A DNA stretch of 64,000 nt, from the IMG/VR virus record IMGVR_UViG_3300021400_005597. The stretch is one strand, 5' to 3'. Under the pieces are notes generated by a model. That model was given only the letters and a program-made list of their open reading frames with translations, was not told where the DNA came from and did no database searches. The stretch comes from an uncultured virus (IMG/VR IMGVR_UViG_3300021400_005597) (lineage: Duplodnaviria; Heunggongvirae; Uroviricota; Caudoviricetes). Of the stretch, positions 47,835-58,459 are shown piece by piece (the first letter of the stretch is position 1; each line of letters opens with the position of its first letter). The position numbers were made by a program, and so were the translations under genes.

Positions 47835-49523
47835 TCAAAGTTCAGGTCTGTAACAATCCATATCCGTATATTCTTGACTATTATCGAAACCAACATATGG
47901 ATTTCCATCTGGTTTTGCAATCTTGTTGATTATATCTATTTTTTGGCTGTAACTGTTATCTCCTAGTATATGGATGCCGTCTTTTTTTCTTGTTAAATAA
48001 CCGTCATAATTATATAGATGCATATTATAAAATTCTTCCCAGCGTTGTAGTTCAAATAATTTATGGTCAATAGATGGTGTTAATGGGGAATTATTTGAAT
48101 TATATCCAATAGCAATTTGTTCCCTGACTTGCTGTAAATGAGATACTTTATCGTGGGCTTTATCGGTAACATGAATACAAGCCATTTTATCCATTGATTG
48201 CTCAATTTTATAAAGCATTTCCCAATCAGATGTTAAAACAGCGTGCTCAAATATTTGAGCAAATGTTTGATAAAAAGATGTAGCAAGTTTAACCATCTCT
48301 TTATCGCATACTTTATTTTTATACAAAACTTTAATTTGATCTATTCTGTATTGTGCATAAGCGGAAAGACCAAATAAGTTTTCTATTGCACGATGATCAT
48401 ATGTACTTGAATACATAAATTTGTTTTGATATTTCATTATAAAGTGTTCTTGTTCTGGGTGATATTCATATCCACTATTAGCACAATTTTCATCAAATAC
48501 ATTAAAATATTTTTTTATAGAGTTTGTTTCTATTTTACAAAATTCGTAGTCATCTTCTTTTATTGTTCTAGGAATTAAATTATCAATAGCGTTATTATAA
48601 TTTATTCTTTGTTCTTGTATTTTAGATAATGGAACAACCTCTTCAGGGGATAATTTACTTATTCTTAAATTTTCTTTGTAATGGTCTTTTTGCACCTTTT
48701 TATCAGACTTTGAGAGAGTTTTATATCTATTGATATATTTTATTGCACTCTCTTGTTTTTCTATAAATTTTTCTCTTTGTTCTATCAAATGCTTTTCATC
48801 ATATGCCGGATCCGATAATTCTTTGTTTCTGGTGATACAAGTATGGTTTGGGAAATGTGTTTTATTATATTGATTAAGCCTTAAAAGATGATTTTTTTCT
48901 TCTTCTGTAAAGAAATCGAAATATCCTTTATCTATTGGGAATTTATATTCAGGATAATTAGCTGCAATGCTTGTGTTTGTTGTATAAGTATATCCTAATA
49001 AAAGATATTTTAGATATTGGTCTTCAAAATAATAACCTCTATTTAAGACATCAAGTATTTTATTTATTTTTGTATCTCTCATTGCGATTAAATCTTTTAA
49101 CGCTTCATATACCACTTGGATATAACTTGCAGATAACATTGAAATATTTAAGAGACAAGTAATGCCTGCTTGAATATAATCTATATTAGGGTTATCTCCT
49201 AACATTATATCTCTTATATGGTATAAGTCTCCTGTACTGTGGACTCTATCAAAACCAGCATAGCGGATTTTACCTCTTGCACCATATTCTACCTGAGCAT
49301 CAGCAATTTTTTTATAATGCCAACGCACGGAATCATTATTTTTGTAAGAGGGATAACGCCTTTCGAGATTTCCTTTATCATTAGTAATATATTTAAACCT
49401 ATAACCTACTGTATCTATATATGGATATTCCTGTTCAAATTTTCTTTTTTCTTCAAATGCTCTTTGTTCTTGGGCTTGTCTTGCTAATTCGGCTTGTTTC
49501 TTCTTATTGTTAAAAATCGACAT
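47835..49523 (-). CDS. Large hypothetical protein
   Basis: 562-aa ORF with SD. Confidence 0.7.
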   Translation of the reverse strand: MSIFNNKKKQAELARQAQEQRAFEEKRKFEQEYPYIDTVGYRFKYITNDKGNLERRYPSYKNNDSVRWHYKKIADAQVEYGARGKIRYAGFDRVHSTGDLYHIRDIMLGDNPNIDYIQAGITCLLNISMLSASYIQVVYEALKDLIAMRDTKINKILDVLNRGYYFEDQYLKYLLLGYTYTTNTSIAANYPEYKFPIDKGYFDFFTEEEKNHLLRLNQYNKTHFPNHTCITRNKELSDPAYDEKHLIEQREKFIEKQESAIKYINRYKTLSKSDKKVQKDHYKENLRISKLSPEEVVPLSKIQEQRINYNNAIDNLIPRTIKEDDYEFCKIETNSIKKYFNVFDENCANSGYEYHPEQEHFIMKYQNKFMYSSTYDHRAIENLFGLSAYAQYRIDQIKVLYKNKVCDKEMVKLATSFYQTFAQIFEHAVLTSDWEMLYKIEQSMDKMACIHVTDKAHDKVSHLQQVREQIAIGYNSNNSPLTPSIDHKLFELQRWEEFYNMHLYNYDGYLTRKKDGIHILGDNSYSQKIDIINKIAKPDGNPYVGFDNSQEYTDMDCYRPEL

Positions 49524-49578
49524 TATAATATGCTCCTATAATAAATATTGGGGTAAGTTTTTAGCTTACCCCTTTATT

Positions 49579-51009
49579 TTACTCTAATTCTTCTTTATTT
49601 TCATCAATTTCTTGTATATTATAATTGTAAGTATTATTTATATTGTGAACTTCAATAGCGTGTGATGTAAATGCTGAGTTCTTTTCAAGTGATATTTTTT
49701 CATCTGTGTCGCAGATAATTATTTCATTATCTGATGGACAGTAGATTTTTGCATTGGTAAGTTTTTTATCATCTAAGAACTCTTCAATGACATTCATATT
49801 GATTAAAATAGCCGGGTTATCATATACAAAGATTTTTGGATAGGTTATTTCAGGAATGATTTCTCTTGGGAGTCCTCTACTAATTGCTTCATCTGTAATA
49901 GCCTTTTTTAATGTCTTAAACTCAGCCTGATTGCTAATATTCTCAGCTGCAATAATTAAAAGATCTGCTGGTCCAAAATTTAAGTCTACCATAATTTTAT
50001 CCATCATATCTTCATAGATATAACCTACTGGTTCAGCTTTGAAGATTACTTGAGTATCTGGTAAAATATTGCTGCTTGGTTCTATTCTTAATAGTTTACG
50101 GCCCGTTGTTTCTTCTTCCGCTGTCAATTTATCCTTTGCTACTAAATAAGGCATTAAAGTATCTACAAAAGTATCTTTAAATTCTTCTGATGAATAATCA
50201 TAATTAACTGTTTCTTCAGTTTCTTTCTCACTATCTTGGTGATTTTTAAAATCGTTGTTGATTTCATCTACAAAATTGCTAAAATGATCTTCAATTTCAT
50301 TTACAAAATGTTCTAAAATAACATCATCAGATATCTCAGAAGTACGATATAACTTATAATAATTATTTAATCCAAAACGGGATTCATGATCTTTTGAAAT
50401 GATAGTTAATATCATATCTGATGTTCCATCTGGATAGGTTTCTTCATCAATCATAATATCTGTATCAGGAATATCCAAAAGATTATAAAGAGTTTCGTTA
50501 AATTCCTGATAAGTCATATAATCATCATTAAGTGGGAAACCGCAATTATTAGTAGCATCATCTATAAAATATTCTAAATCACTATTTGGCTCTCCTAAAT
50601 ATGACCTATCAATTGGATCGGACTCTTTTGCTTCTGTTTCTTCGGTCTTTTCAGCCATTTCTGGGAGTTCGTTTCCTGATTCGTCAAAATACATATATCC
50701 AACATGGTCAGGGCTTTCACATTCTTCAGCTAACTGAATATTTTCAGCGGCTGCATACATATTCTTCTTAAGAATTTTCTTAACTGCTTTTTTAATTTTC
50801 ATATCATCTGTTTCATGTAAGGAAACGATATCATTAAATTCATCAATGCCTACATAGAAGTGGACATTTTTACTTGATAAATAAAATACAGCATAGGTTG
50901 TTTCACTAGGTTCAACAATTGGTGTCCAATCATCAAGGCCTAGGTTATCAAGTGTTTTTCTCATTCTGCTCTTTGCTATTTTGATTATTTTATCTTCATA
51001 TTCTGGCAT
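49579..51009 (-). CDS. Acidic hypothetical protein; C-terminal half is distantly DUF5688-like
   Basis: AAENI...AILIN...YCPSDNEIII. Confidence 0.6.
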   Translation of the reverse strand: MPEYEDKIIKIAKSRMRKTLDNLGLDDWTPIVEPSETTYAVFYLSSKNVHFYVGIDEFNDIVSLHETDDMKIKKAVKKILKKNMYAAAENIQLAEECESPDHVGYMYFDESGNELPEMAEKTEETEAKESDPIDRSYLGEPNSDLEYFIDDATNNCGFPLNDDYMTYQEFNETLYNLLDIPDTDIMIDEETYPDGTSDMILTIISKDHESRFGLNNYYKLYRTSEISDDVILEHFVNEIEDHFSNFVDEINNDFKNHQDSEKETEETVNYDYSSEEFKDTFVDTLMPYLVAKDKLTAEEETTGRKLLRIEPSSNILPDTQVIFKAEPVGYIYEDMMDKIMVDLNFGPADLLIIAAENISNQAEFKTLKKAITDEAISRGLPREIIPEITYPKIFVYDNPAILINMNVIEEFLDDKKLTNAKIYCPSDNEIIICDTDEKISLEKNSAFTSHAIEVHNINNTYNYNIQEIDENKEELE

Positions 51010-51085
51010 AATAAATCTCCTTTTTTACATTGGTATTTATATATGTTAAAAATATAAAAATAAATAGAACAGCCTTATGGCTGCT

Positions 51086-51331
51086 CTACTTATTAAAGGA
51101 GGTATTGGAATGACTATCAAAATAATAGTTAATTGCATTTTCGATAATTGATGTTTTACTTTTGTTTAAGGTTGCGGCTAAATAATTTATTTTAGTAAGG
51201 CAATTATCTGATAGTTTATAAGAAACCAGTCTGCCTTCTTTTTTATGCCGTCCTTTGTTTATAGGCGTATTATAAAGCCTATTAAGTTCATCAGCTCTCT
51301 TTTTTAATTGTTGGAACTCCGGTATTTGCAT
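51086..51331 (-). CDS. Ribbon-helix-helix DNA-binding protein
   Basis: VSYKLS...LA...NKSKTSIIENAI pattern. Confidence 0.6.
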   Translation of the reverse strand: MQIPEFQQLKKRADELNRLYNTPINKGRHKKEGRLVSYKLSDNCLTKINYLAATLNKSKTSIIENAINYYFDSHSNTSFNK

Positions 51332-51566
51332 TAAATCCGTTTTCTTGGCACACCTCTCTTTCCTCCTCTACTGATTTAATAGTAGAGAAAATAGCAAAAA
51401 CGGTAAATGGAATAATTAAAAGTCCTGTGTTGATTGCAAATATTGTGTCGAATAATTGTGAATGAGCATAATCAAGGCATAAAATAAAGCCAATGATTAT
51501 ATTGATAAACTCAGTAAAGAAAATAAGTGTTGTGAATGAAAAGAATGCGATTTTAAGTGTTTTCAT
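51291..51566 (-). CDS. Small two-TM membrane protein
   Basis: Hydrophobic helices; SD; motif at 51593. Confidence 0.65.
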   Translation of the reverse strand: MKTLKIAFFSFTTLIFFTEFINIIIGFILCLDYAHSQLFDTIFAINTGLLIIPFTVFAIFSTIKSVEEEREVCQENGFNANTGVPTIKKES

Positions 51567-51665
51567 AGGGTTATTTCCTTTCTTGTATCTATATATGTAA
51601 AATAAAAATTGAAAAAATTTTGCAAATAAAAAACACCTTTGTAAAAAGATGTTTTTTATGTTTGT

Positions 51666-51818
51666 TTAATCTTTCATTATAAATTCTTCTTTGGTGGTTA
51701 TATTTACTACTATGTAGTTACCACCTGATGTAATTCCTTTGATTTTGTAGTTTTCTACATTTTTGCCTTTTTTGGCGAGTTGCTTTTTAAGTGAATAAGT
51801 TAAGTTTTTAAGTCGCAT
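51666..51818 (-). CDS. Small basic protein (MRLKNLTYSLKKQL...)
   Basis: 50-aa ORF read manually; SD. Confidence 0.55.
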   Translation of the reverse strand: MRLKNLTYSLKKQLAKKGKNVENYKIKGITSGGNYIVVNITTKEEFIMKD

Positions 51819-51834
51819 ATTTTAATTTCCTTTT

Positions 51835-52524
51835 TTAATTTAATACATTTAGATCATAAACGCTTATAGATACTACTTTACTATCCCATCCGGGCATCAC
51901 ATCTGATACATCACCGCTACATTCTTTGAAAGACTTGTCTACTATGAATTCAGTAGCACAGATACACGACATTGAGTAAACATTGTTTTCATCGGTATGG
52001 GCATCAGATTTAATATCTCCTACCACGGCAGGGATTTGTGTTCCATTCTCAAGCGTAATGGTAATAAGCGTGCCTACAGGTGCGTTAAAATAAGTGCCTA
52101 TTGCTACTAAATAGCGGTCTTTGTAGCGATAAAAGCCTTCTTCATCGGCACTACTCATTGTTTTGAGCTTATAAGCATCAGAGTGCTTATTAGTAATAGC
52201 ACTTGCGTACTCATATGCCTTAGTACCGGTATATTTACCTTGTCTTATATTAGGTATTCCCGGCACAGATGCAGCGTCGATAGGGTTATAATCAGGTAAA
52301 TCATAGACAGTTGGTGTTGAAAATACGGTATTTTCCAATGTCATAAGATTTATTTTAGGTTTAGTAGTAATATTTGTAGATGTAGCCTTAAATGGTCGTT
52401 CTTTAATAAATACTTTGGTTTTATAGGTTTTAGGGCATAATGCCGGGATAATCATAATGGTTATTAAGGCTAAAACTCCAAGTAATCTGTAAACCTTATA
52501 TGAAATTGTTGAATTGGTATTCAT
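51835..52524 (-). CDS. Membrane-anchored protein, possibly 3D/DPBB-like cell-wall-active; leaderless
   Basis: N-terminal TM; RYLVAIGTYF...GT.I.I.L.NG...VGDIK; ATG 6 nt after the motif. Confidence 0.5.
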   Translation of the reverse strand: MNTNSTISYKVYRLLGVLALITIMIIPALCPKTYKTKVFIKERPFKATSTNITTKPKINLMTLENTVFSTPTVYDLPDYNPIDAASVPGIPNIRQGKYTGTKAYEYASAITNKHSDAYKLKTMSSADEEGFYRYKDRYLVAIGTYFNAPVGTLITITLENGTQIPAVVGDIKSDAHTDENNVYSMSCICATEFIVDKSFKECSGDVSDVMPGWDSKVVSISVYDLNVLN

Positions 52525-52596
52525 AGTATTATATGTAAAATAAAAAAATTAAAAAAGAGCTCTTGTAAAAGAGCTCTTAATTTTGAAAGAAATTAT

Positions 52597-53292
52597 TTAG
52601 AATGGCAAATCGACATCTTCATTTTTATTTAGGGTGTCATCTAGTATTTGTTCAATTTTGTCTTCGTCAACATGTATTTGGTCAACAATGTAGCCATATC
52701 TGCCGGACAGAGTATCTGAAATAATAGATTTGGCATCTTCGATGTTTTCAGCTTTTGATATAATAGACGCAGGAACATCGATAGAATATGGTAAACCACA
52801 CTCCTGGAGTGTTTTACCGCCCGTTTCCCAACTGATACCCGTTACTTTAATAGTGTTTTTTTGCGTGGTATTTGTTGTTTTAGTTTCTTCGTAATTATTA
52901 ATACAAGCATATTGCTTATCAACATACATCTTTAATCTATCGAGGTTAAATGTGGCATTAATTGAAACTTCAATTTCTTCTCTTGTCCCAAAAGCACTTT
53001 CTTCAAGGATATATTCGATTGATAAGTGCTTATCAGCCGGATAATCAAAGAATTTTGTAAAGTGGTTATTTAATGTGTCTCTTAATGATTCTTTATCAGG
53101 GAATGATTTACTTAACTGTTCATCATACTCGATATCGCTCATAATTTCATCAATATAGTAGTTTGCATTTTCCTTTGTATGCTCTTTAATAAGATTAAGC
53201 ATATACTGCTTTGGGTTAATCATTTCATCTATATTGATAAATTCTTCTAAATCAAAAGTTGCTTTTAATGATAATTTTTTTGCATTTTCCAT
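52597..53292 (-). CDS. Hypothetical protein ending DVDLPF
   Basis: SD; motif at 53328. Confidence 0.7.
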   Translation of the reverse strand: MENAKKLSLKATFDLEEFINIDEMINPKQYMLNLIKEHTKENANYYIDEIMSDIEYDEQLSKSFPDKESLRDTLNNHFTKFFDYPADKHLSIEYILEESAFGTREEIEVSINATFNLDRLKMYVDKQYACINNYEETKTTNTTQKNTIKVTGISWETGGKTLQECGLPYSIDVPASIISKAENIEDAKSIISDTLSGRYGYIVDQIHVDEDKIEQILDDTLNKNEDVDLPF

Positions 53293-53372
53293 AATAAATG
53301 TCCTTTCTACATAAAATTGATATTGTTATATGTAAAAAGAACAATAAAAAATACAGAGCCGAAACTCTGTAT

Positions 53373-54080
53373 TTAGTCTAGGTCATCATAATTATCATTA
53401 ACATCTGTTAAAAAATCATTAACATTGTTATTATTTAATAAATCTTCATATTTATCCTGAATATTTAATAAAATAGTTTTGTTTTGTTGTTCTGTTTTTA
53501 CTGTAGAATAATATAAATTTTCATAATCAGGACAATTTAAGATGTCGATTATTTTTGCTTCTGCTTCTTTAGGTATTTGCTCGTCATAAAGATTTAAATA
53601 TGCCTTTTGGATATCCTCTATTTTAAGCTGCGTTCCTTGTTCATATTTGTCTTTAATAATGCCCACAATATCTGATAAGTCGTATTTATACAATCTACCT
53701 GATTTAATTTTCATAGCAATTAAGTATTCGTCTTGTATTGTCCGGACTTTTAGGCAGTTATTGAAGGTTTTATAGTATTTACTAAATAATATAATTTTAG
53801 GGCTATATGAAGAAGTTGTTTTGAAATCTTCGTTAATCCAACCAGTCGGCAAACCATTTTCATCTCCAATTTTGTTTATGATTTCTTTAATATTTGAAGA
53901 TGCTCTTATGATTGAGTCTAAATCTGTTGTTTGGCCTCTAAAACCATAATTAACAACAATAGAAGAACTGCCTACAAGAATAATTTCAGCGTCCGGGTTA
54001 GATTTGTTCATTTTTTTATATTCTTTTGCAATGAGATATAAAAAATGGTCTATATCTCCTTTTGTAAAGTTAAACGACAT
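53373..54080 (-). CDS. DUF6036-like nucleotidyltransferase (AbiEii-like)
   Basis: ILVGSS...TTDLD...GLPTGWIN...LIAMK..GR..D.SDI. Confidence 0.75.
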   Translation of the reverse strand: MSFNFTKGDIDHFLYLIAKEYKKMNKSNPDAEIILVGSSSIVVNYGFRGQTTDLDSIIRASSNIKEIINKIGDENGLPTGWINEDFKTTSSYSPKIILFSKYYKTFNNCLKVRTIQDEYLIAMKIKSGRLYKYDLSDIVGIIKDKYEQGTQLKIEDIQKAYLNLYDEQIPKEAEAKIIDILNCPDYENLYYSTVKTEQQNKTILLNIQDKYEDLLNNNNVNDFLTDVNDNYDDLD

Positions 54081-54495
54081 AATCAATACTCTTTTCTACA
54101 ATTTTGTACTTAATAAAAAATTTACCTATATCTGATTGATTACACTCAGCAATGGCTTGTTCTTTAATAGATGAATCACCTAAGTCTGATAAGATAAGAA
54201 TGTCGCTTGGGAATAAATAATCTTTTAAAGGACAATCTCTAAACTTATCGTAATCAGGTAATGGTTTTGTTTTATATTTGTATGCATAATAATCTAAAAT
54301 AGCCAGGCAATAAAAAGATTTGTATTGTTGGTTATTATCCCAGAAATATTGAACAAAATTATATCTTAAAATCATTTCAGCAAAATGATGATCACCATAA
54401 GTTTTTATAAAATGGCACACTTCTGATTTGAACAAATCAAATGATGTATTTGTGTCTAAAAGTAATAATAATGGTTTTTCTGGGAATTTGTTCAT
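54070..54495 (-). CDS. Partner of the DUF6036 NTase (putative antitoxin)
   Basis: Overlaps the NTase start; FDLFKSEVCH...YCLAILDY. Confidence 0.55.
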   Translation of the reverse strand: MNKFPEKPLLLLLDTNTSFDLFKSEVCHFIKTYGDHHFAEMILRYNFVQYFWDNNQQYKSFYCLAILDYYAYKYKTKPLPDYDKFRDCPLKDYLFPSDILILSDLGDSSIKEQAIAECNQSDIGKFFIKYKIVEKSIDYVV

Positions 54496-54509
54496 AGTTA
54501 TCTCTCTAT

Positions 54510-54815
54510 TTATGGCCAAAATCTATCGACCAATGACTGCATGTTTTCTACTCCAACCGGATTAGAAGAATGAATAGCGATTGGGTAGAATGTTTCTCTT
54601 TGAATAAGATAATGGAGCAGTTTGATAGCATCTCCACCATCTTTGGCATAATCACCTAAATCATGGTCAAGGTCAAGAAGAGCTATACTACCACCCTTAT
54701 CTTCTATTTCTTCAATTAAAGAAATGGCCTGATTAACTGATTTTGCACAAATATAGCCATCAGGTGTAGGTCTTACATCATCAAGATAAATTTTTGCATT
54801 GTTATACCAAGCCAT
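54510..54815 (-). CDS. Cyclic-phosphate processing receiver domain protein
   Basis: IYLDDVRPTP, LDLDHDLG, IHSSNPVG. Confidence 0.85.
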   Translation of the reverse strand: MAWYNNAKIYLDDVRPTPDGYICAKSVNQAISLIEEIEDKGGSIALLDLDHDLGDYAKDGGDAIKLLHYLIQRETFYPIAIHSSNPVGVENMQSLVDRFWP

Positions 54816-54900
54816 TTTTTTACTCCTTAAATATCGTCGTAATCTTCTTTTCCCTTAAATGGTTTTGAATTAAGGAATTGTTCCGTATGTCTGGTTCATA

Positions 54901-55212
54901 TTATATCTCCTTTGGTATTAAAATCAGACTTTTAAGGTTATGTTCTTCTGTCATAATATCAATTGATGTTTTAATGTTTTGAGACTCTAATATAGAATCT
55001 GTTTCCAAAATAGAGTCAATTACACTTTGTAAATTAGCTGAATTAGGTACTAAATCAACTAAAAGAGACTGTTCATCAAAAAGATAACCATTTTCATACA
55101 TTCTAAATGGTAATAAATATATAGCTTTTGCATCTGATGATGCAGCATATATCTTCTGCATTGACGAAACGATTTTCTGTGTTATTGTGTCATTCATATT
55201 TAATGTTGACAT
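54901..55212 (-). CDS. Hypothetical protein
   Basis: 103 aa with SD. Confidence 0.6.
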   Translation of the reverse strand: MSTLNMNDTITQKIVSSMQKIYAASSDAKAIYLLPFRMYENGYLFDEQSLLVDLVPNSANLQSVIDSILETDSILESQNIKTSIDIMTEEHNLKSLILIPKEI

Positions 55213-55231
55213 ATTTACTCCTTAAATAGTC

Positions 55232-55388
55232 TTATTTATTGGTGTCAGAATCGGCCTTTTCTTCTTTTGCTTCCTTATAATCAGGGAAATTCTTATCGTC
55301 CCACTTAGGATCTGCAAAATTTAAGTTATTCATGCAGTAGTTTACTGTGTACTTAATAGCCTCGTCCATTTTCTTTTCGTTTGCCATG
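55232..55388 (-). CDS. Small protein downstream of Fic/Doc (MANEKKMDEAIKY...)
   Basis: About 51-aa ORF read manually; AGGAG SD; ends approximate. Confidence 0.5.
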
Positions 55389-55404
55389 TTTGTTCTCCTT
55401 TGTT

Positions 55405-55992
55405 CTAAATAGTGATTTCGTCGTCCTCTTTTGATTCGGACTCATCTGACAAATCTGTCGTTTCTTCGTCTATTCTTTCTTCAGTTGCTTTTGTTATTTC
55501 AACTTCCATTTCGGTGGAAATAAATTTATAATTATTCTTTATAATTTCAGATATTTCTTCAACTGTAGTTATTTTGTTTGTTGCTATATCTAAAACAAGA
55601 TTACTTGCCTGTTCTTCTGTTAAAGTTAAGGCATAGCCTTGACTGTACAAAAAAGAAGTGGCTGTGGCTAAGCCCATTCGCTTGTTACCATCAAGATAAA
55701 CCTGATATTGAGAGAAATCAAGCATATATTTAGCAGCTTTATCAAAAATTGTCGGGTATAATACTACATCGAAATATTCACCAAAAGGTGCGATAGCTAA
55801 TGATTCCAACAAATTCTGGTCTCTGATTTCAGATGAGCCACCTAAATATTCTACCATTTCTTTATGAAGCAAGTTGATATCATCTACTGTTAATGGCTGG
55901 ACATCTTTCGGTCCTTGTCCAAGCTCATCTAAAGTATTTGAATAATTTTGTTTTAAATAAGTAATAGCATGTTGAATAACTTTGCTTTCCAT
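55405..55992 (-). CDS. Fic/Doc (death-on-curing) family protein
   Basis: IRDQNLLES, YPTIFDKAA, QVYLDGNKR (His replaced by Gln). Confidence 0.85.
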   Translation of the reverse strand: MESKVIQHAITYLKQNYSNTLDELGQGPKDVQPLTVDDINLLHKEMVEYLGGSSEIRDQNLLESLAIAPFGEYFDVVLYPTIFDKAAKYMLDFSQYQVYLDGNKRMGLATATSFLYSQGYALTLTEEQASNLVLDIATNKITTVEEISEIIKNNYKFISTEMEVEITKATEERIDEETTDLSDESESKEDDEITI

Positions 55993-56136
55993 ATATGTTC
56001 TCCTTTATTGTAATATAGATATATGTAAAAATAAAAGAGAAAAATATGTGAAATATGATTTTTGATAAGTATATATGTAAAATAAAAATTGAAAAAATTT
56101 TTCAATCTAAAAAGGACCGTAGATGGCCCTTTTATT

Positions 56137-56661
56137 TTAATCAGGTGTAATAATTCTTGAGTAGCCTATACATATAGCATCTGCTTCATTATCATCAATG
56201 GGATTATATCCAAGTGATTTGGCAAATGCAATATCTGCGTTTTTAAGGTCGTTATTTTTAAGTCTGACCATTTTACTGTTAACCTCTTTTGTAAGGGGTA
56301 TTTTGAGCGTTTTACGCCATTGTGATGGTAATACAAACAGTACGGGTATCTTATTAAGACAGTAGCCTATTATAATGCCTTGTAATCTACAAAGCCATTT
56401 AAAACAGTATGGATCTTTGCCTGAAAAAGTATCTTCAATTATTATTTCATCATAAGCACGCTTTTTAAGTAAGGCAAGTATTGTTTCTGAAATATCGTGG
56501 CATCTTGAGTCCATATTGAGTTTCTTTCTCATTTTAGGAGCAATCTGTTTATCTGTGAATGGGTTATCAGGTTTTATGGTACCGCTTTCAACAAGTTTGT
56601 TGTTATTAAAATAAGCATATCCTGCACCCGTTGTTGAAAGGTCTAAGGCTAATATTTTCAT
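56137..56661 (-). CDS. RuvC-like Holliday junction resolvase
   Basis: ILALDLST, IIIED, PSQWRK, DNEADAI. Confidence 0.85.
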   Translation of the reverse strand: MKILALDLSTTGAGYAYFNNNKLVESGTIKPDNPFTDKQIAPKMRKKLNMDSRCHDISETILALLKKRAYDEIIIEDTFSGKDPYCFKWLCRLQGIIIGYCLNKIPVLFVLPSQWRKTLKIPLTKEVNSKMVRLKNNDLKNADIAFAKSLGYNPIDDNEADAICIGYSRIITPD

Positions 56662-58268
56662 AAAAGGTCTTCCTCTCTTATTCTATTACGCCAATAATTT
56701 AATGATTGCTGAAACTGTGCGATATCGAAATAAAAATCAAGCTTGTCTTCCATTTCCTTAAGTTTCTGGGCTGTCAGTTCGTGTGATTTATAAATTCGTC
56801 TGTATTTACAATAATTCTTCCTTACAAAGTCAAAGGTTGCCTGCTTATCAACAGATTTAATCACAGTTCTGCTGGCAAGTTCGTTTCTTAAGTCTTCTTC
56901 TGTCTCTCTTGCTTTCATAATTTCCTTTTTAGCGTAGTTAAGTTCGTTGTCCTTATCAAAGAGTTTAGTCGCAAGATGTGTATTTGTCTTTATAAGAAAA
57001 TCATTCTCTTTACGCTGTTTTTGGATAATGCGAATAAGTCTTTGCCAGGTATCTTCCATTGTTACCTCTACCATTTGGACAGGAAGCGGATCTAATTCCT
57101 GAATGAGAGACATCGTTTGCTGGACATTACGCATTTTCTTCTTTCTTGCTGCCTTTTCTTCTTTTGTTTCACCATTTACTCTCCAGGTAAGGCTCTCGTC
57201 CATTATAGGAAGGGAACAATCCGGTTCAGAGAATTCAGAAATGCTGTCTCCGTGGTCAACAAAGATGGCATCTTCTTTATTAGGAGCAAGTCTTAATATT
57301 CTGCCGACCATCTGAAACCATAACGGCCTTGATTTAATATGTCTGCAAGAGAACGCATAAGATACAGGTGGACAGTCAAAGCCATAGGTTAAGAGTGCTG
57401 CATTGATGAGTCCATCTATTTCACGGTTTGTAAGAGCGTCAATAAGGGCTTTTCTTTCCTTTACGCTCATTTCTCCATGGATAACTTCGAATTTATATCC
57501 GTTTTGCTTAAAAATATCGGCTACTTTTTGGGCCATATGTACTGTGTTAGTAAAACCTATGGCTGGTCTTCCGATACCATATTCTTTATAGCAGGCAATT
57601 AAATCACCCCAGATGGCATTATTATCAAAGATTTCTGTCATCTGCTGTTCTGATAATTCTTCGCCTAGGGCTGAATCAGGTTTTACATCGGTGATGCCTT
57701 CGATAGGGCGTGCATAATATTTAAGCTTGGTTAAAAATCCTTTTTTTATTAAAGATGCGACAGACTCTTGTTGTACGAGTTCATCAAATATGCCAAACTT
57801 ATGAATGCCATCAGAACCCTTTAATAAAGCCTTACCGTCCATTCTTTCAGGGGTTGCTGTAAGACCTAATACTCTTACGGGGTTAATCATTTGTACCAGT
57901 TTATATGACTGCTCTAATGAAACATGTGCTTCATCAAAAATAATGGTTGGATTTTCGATATCAAGTTTATCCCATTGTGTTCTGAGACTGTCTTTTGAGC
58001 ATACGATACATTTCTTACCAGTAATTCTGGTTTTATCTGCCCAAATCATATCAACTTCGTCATTTAAGACTTCTGTAAATTCTTTTTCAGCTTGTGCTAA
58101 TAATTCAAGTCTTGGAACGACAAAAAGCACTATTCCTGATAATTTATCAATAATAGCACCTGCAATTACTGTTTTACCTGCTCCCGTTGGAAGACAAATA
58201 ATCTGGTCTAAATCTGAATTTGTTACTCTATCAACAATTAACTGTTGATATTCTCTTAATTCCTTCAT
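56658..58268 (-). CDS. SF2 DEAD/DEAH helicase
   Basis: LREYQ, PTGAGKT, DEAH, TATPER, QMVGRILR. Confidence 0.93.
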   Translation of the reverse strand: MKELREYQQLIVDRVTNSDLDQIICLPTGAGKTVIAGAIIDKLSGIVLFVVPRLELLAQAEKEFTEVLNDEVDMIWADKTRITGKKCIVCSKDSLRTQWDKLDIENPTIIFDEAHVSLEQSYKLVQMINPVRVLGLTATPERMDGKALLKGSDGIHKFGIFDELVQQESVASLIKKGFLTKLKYYARPIEGITDVKPDSALGEELSEQQMTEIFDNNAIWGDLIACYKEYGIGRPAIGFTNTVHMAQKVADIFKQNGYKFEVIHGEMSVKERKALIDALTNREIDGLINAALLTYGFDCPPVSYAFSCRHIKSRPLWFQMVGRILRLAPNKEDAIFVDHGDSISEFSEPDCSLPIMDESLTWRVNGETKEEKAARKKKMRNVQQTMSLIQELDPLPVQMVEVTMEDTWQRLIRIIQKQRKENDFLIKTNTHLATKLFDKDNELNYAKKEIMKARETEEDLRNELASRTVIKSVDKQATFDFVRKNYCKYRRIYKSHELTAQKLKEMEDKLDFYFDIAQFQQSLNYWRNRIREEDLL

Positions 58269-58402
58269 AAAATTAACCTTTCTTATTTGTTATATCTATA
58301 TATGTTGAATAAAAAATAAAAATATTTATTTGGCAATTTAGGAACTTCCCCAAATTTGCGAAATAAATATATGTATATATGTAAAAAATAATTATTATTT
58401 TA

Positions 58403-58415
58403 GAACAAATGTTTG
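58403..58415. promoter_or_regulatory. Putative LexA box upstream of the helicase-RuvC operon
   Basis: GAAC-AAAT-GTTTG, identical to the copy at 46271. Confidence 0.55.
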
Positions 58416-58459
58416 AAAATAAAAAAAAGAGCCTCTCTTTAAGAAAGGCTCTGTAATGA

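Noticed and set aside
56137..56661. Second Cas/TnpB-type RuvC protein
   Set aside because: 174-aa stand-alone resolvase with intact motifs, in an operon with a helicase
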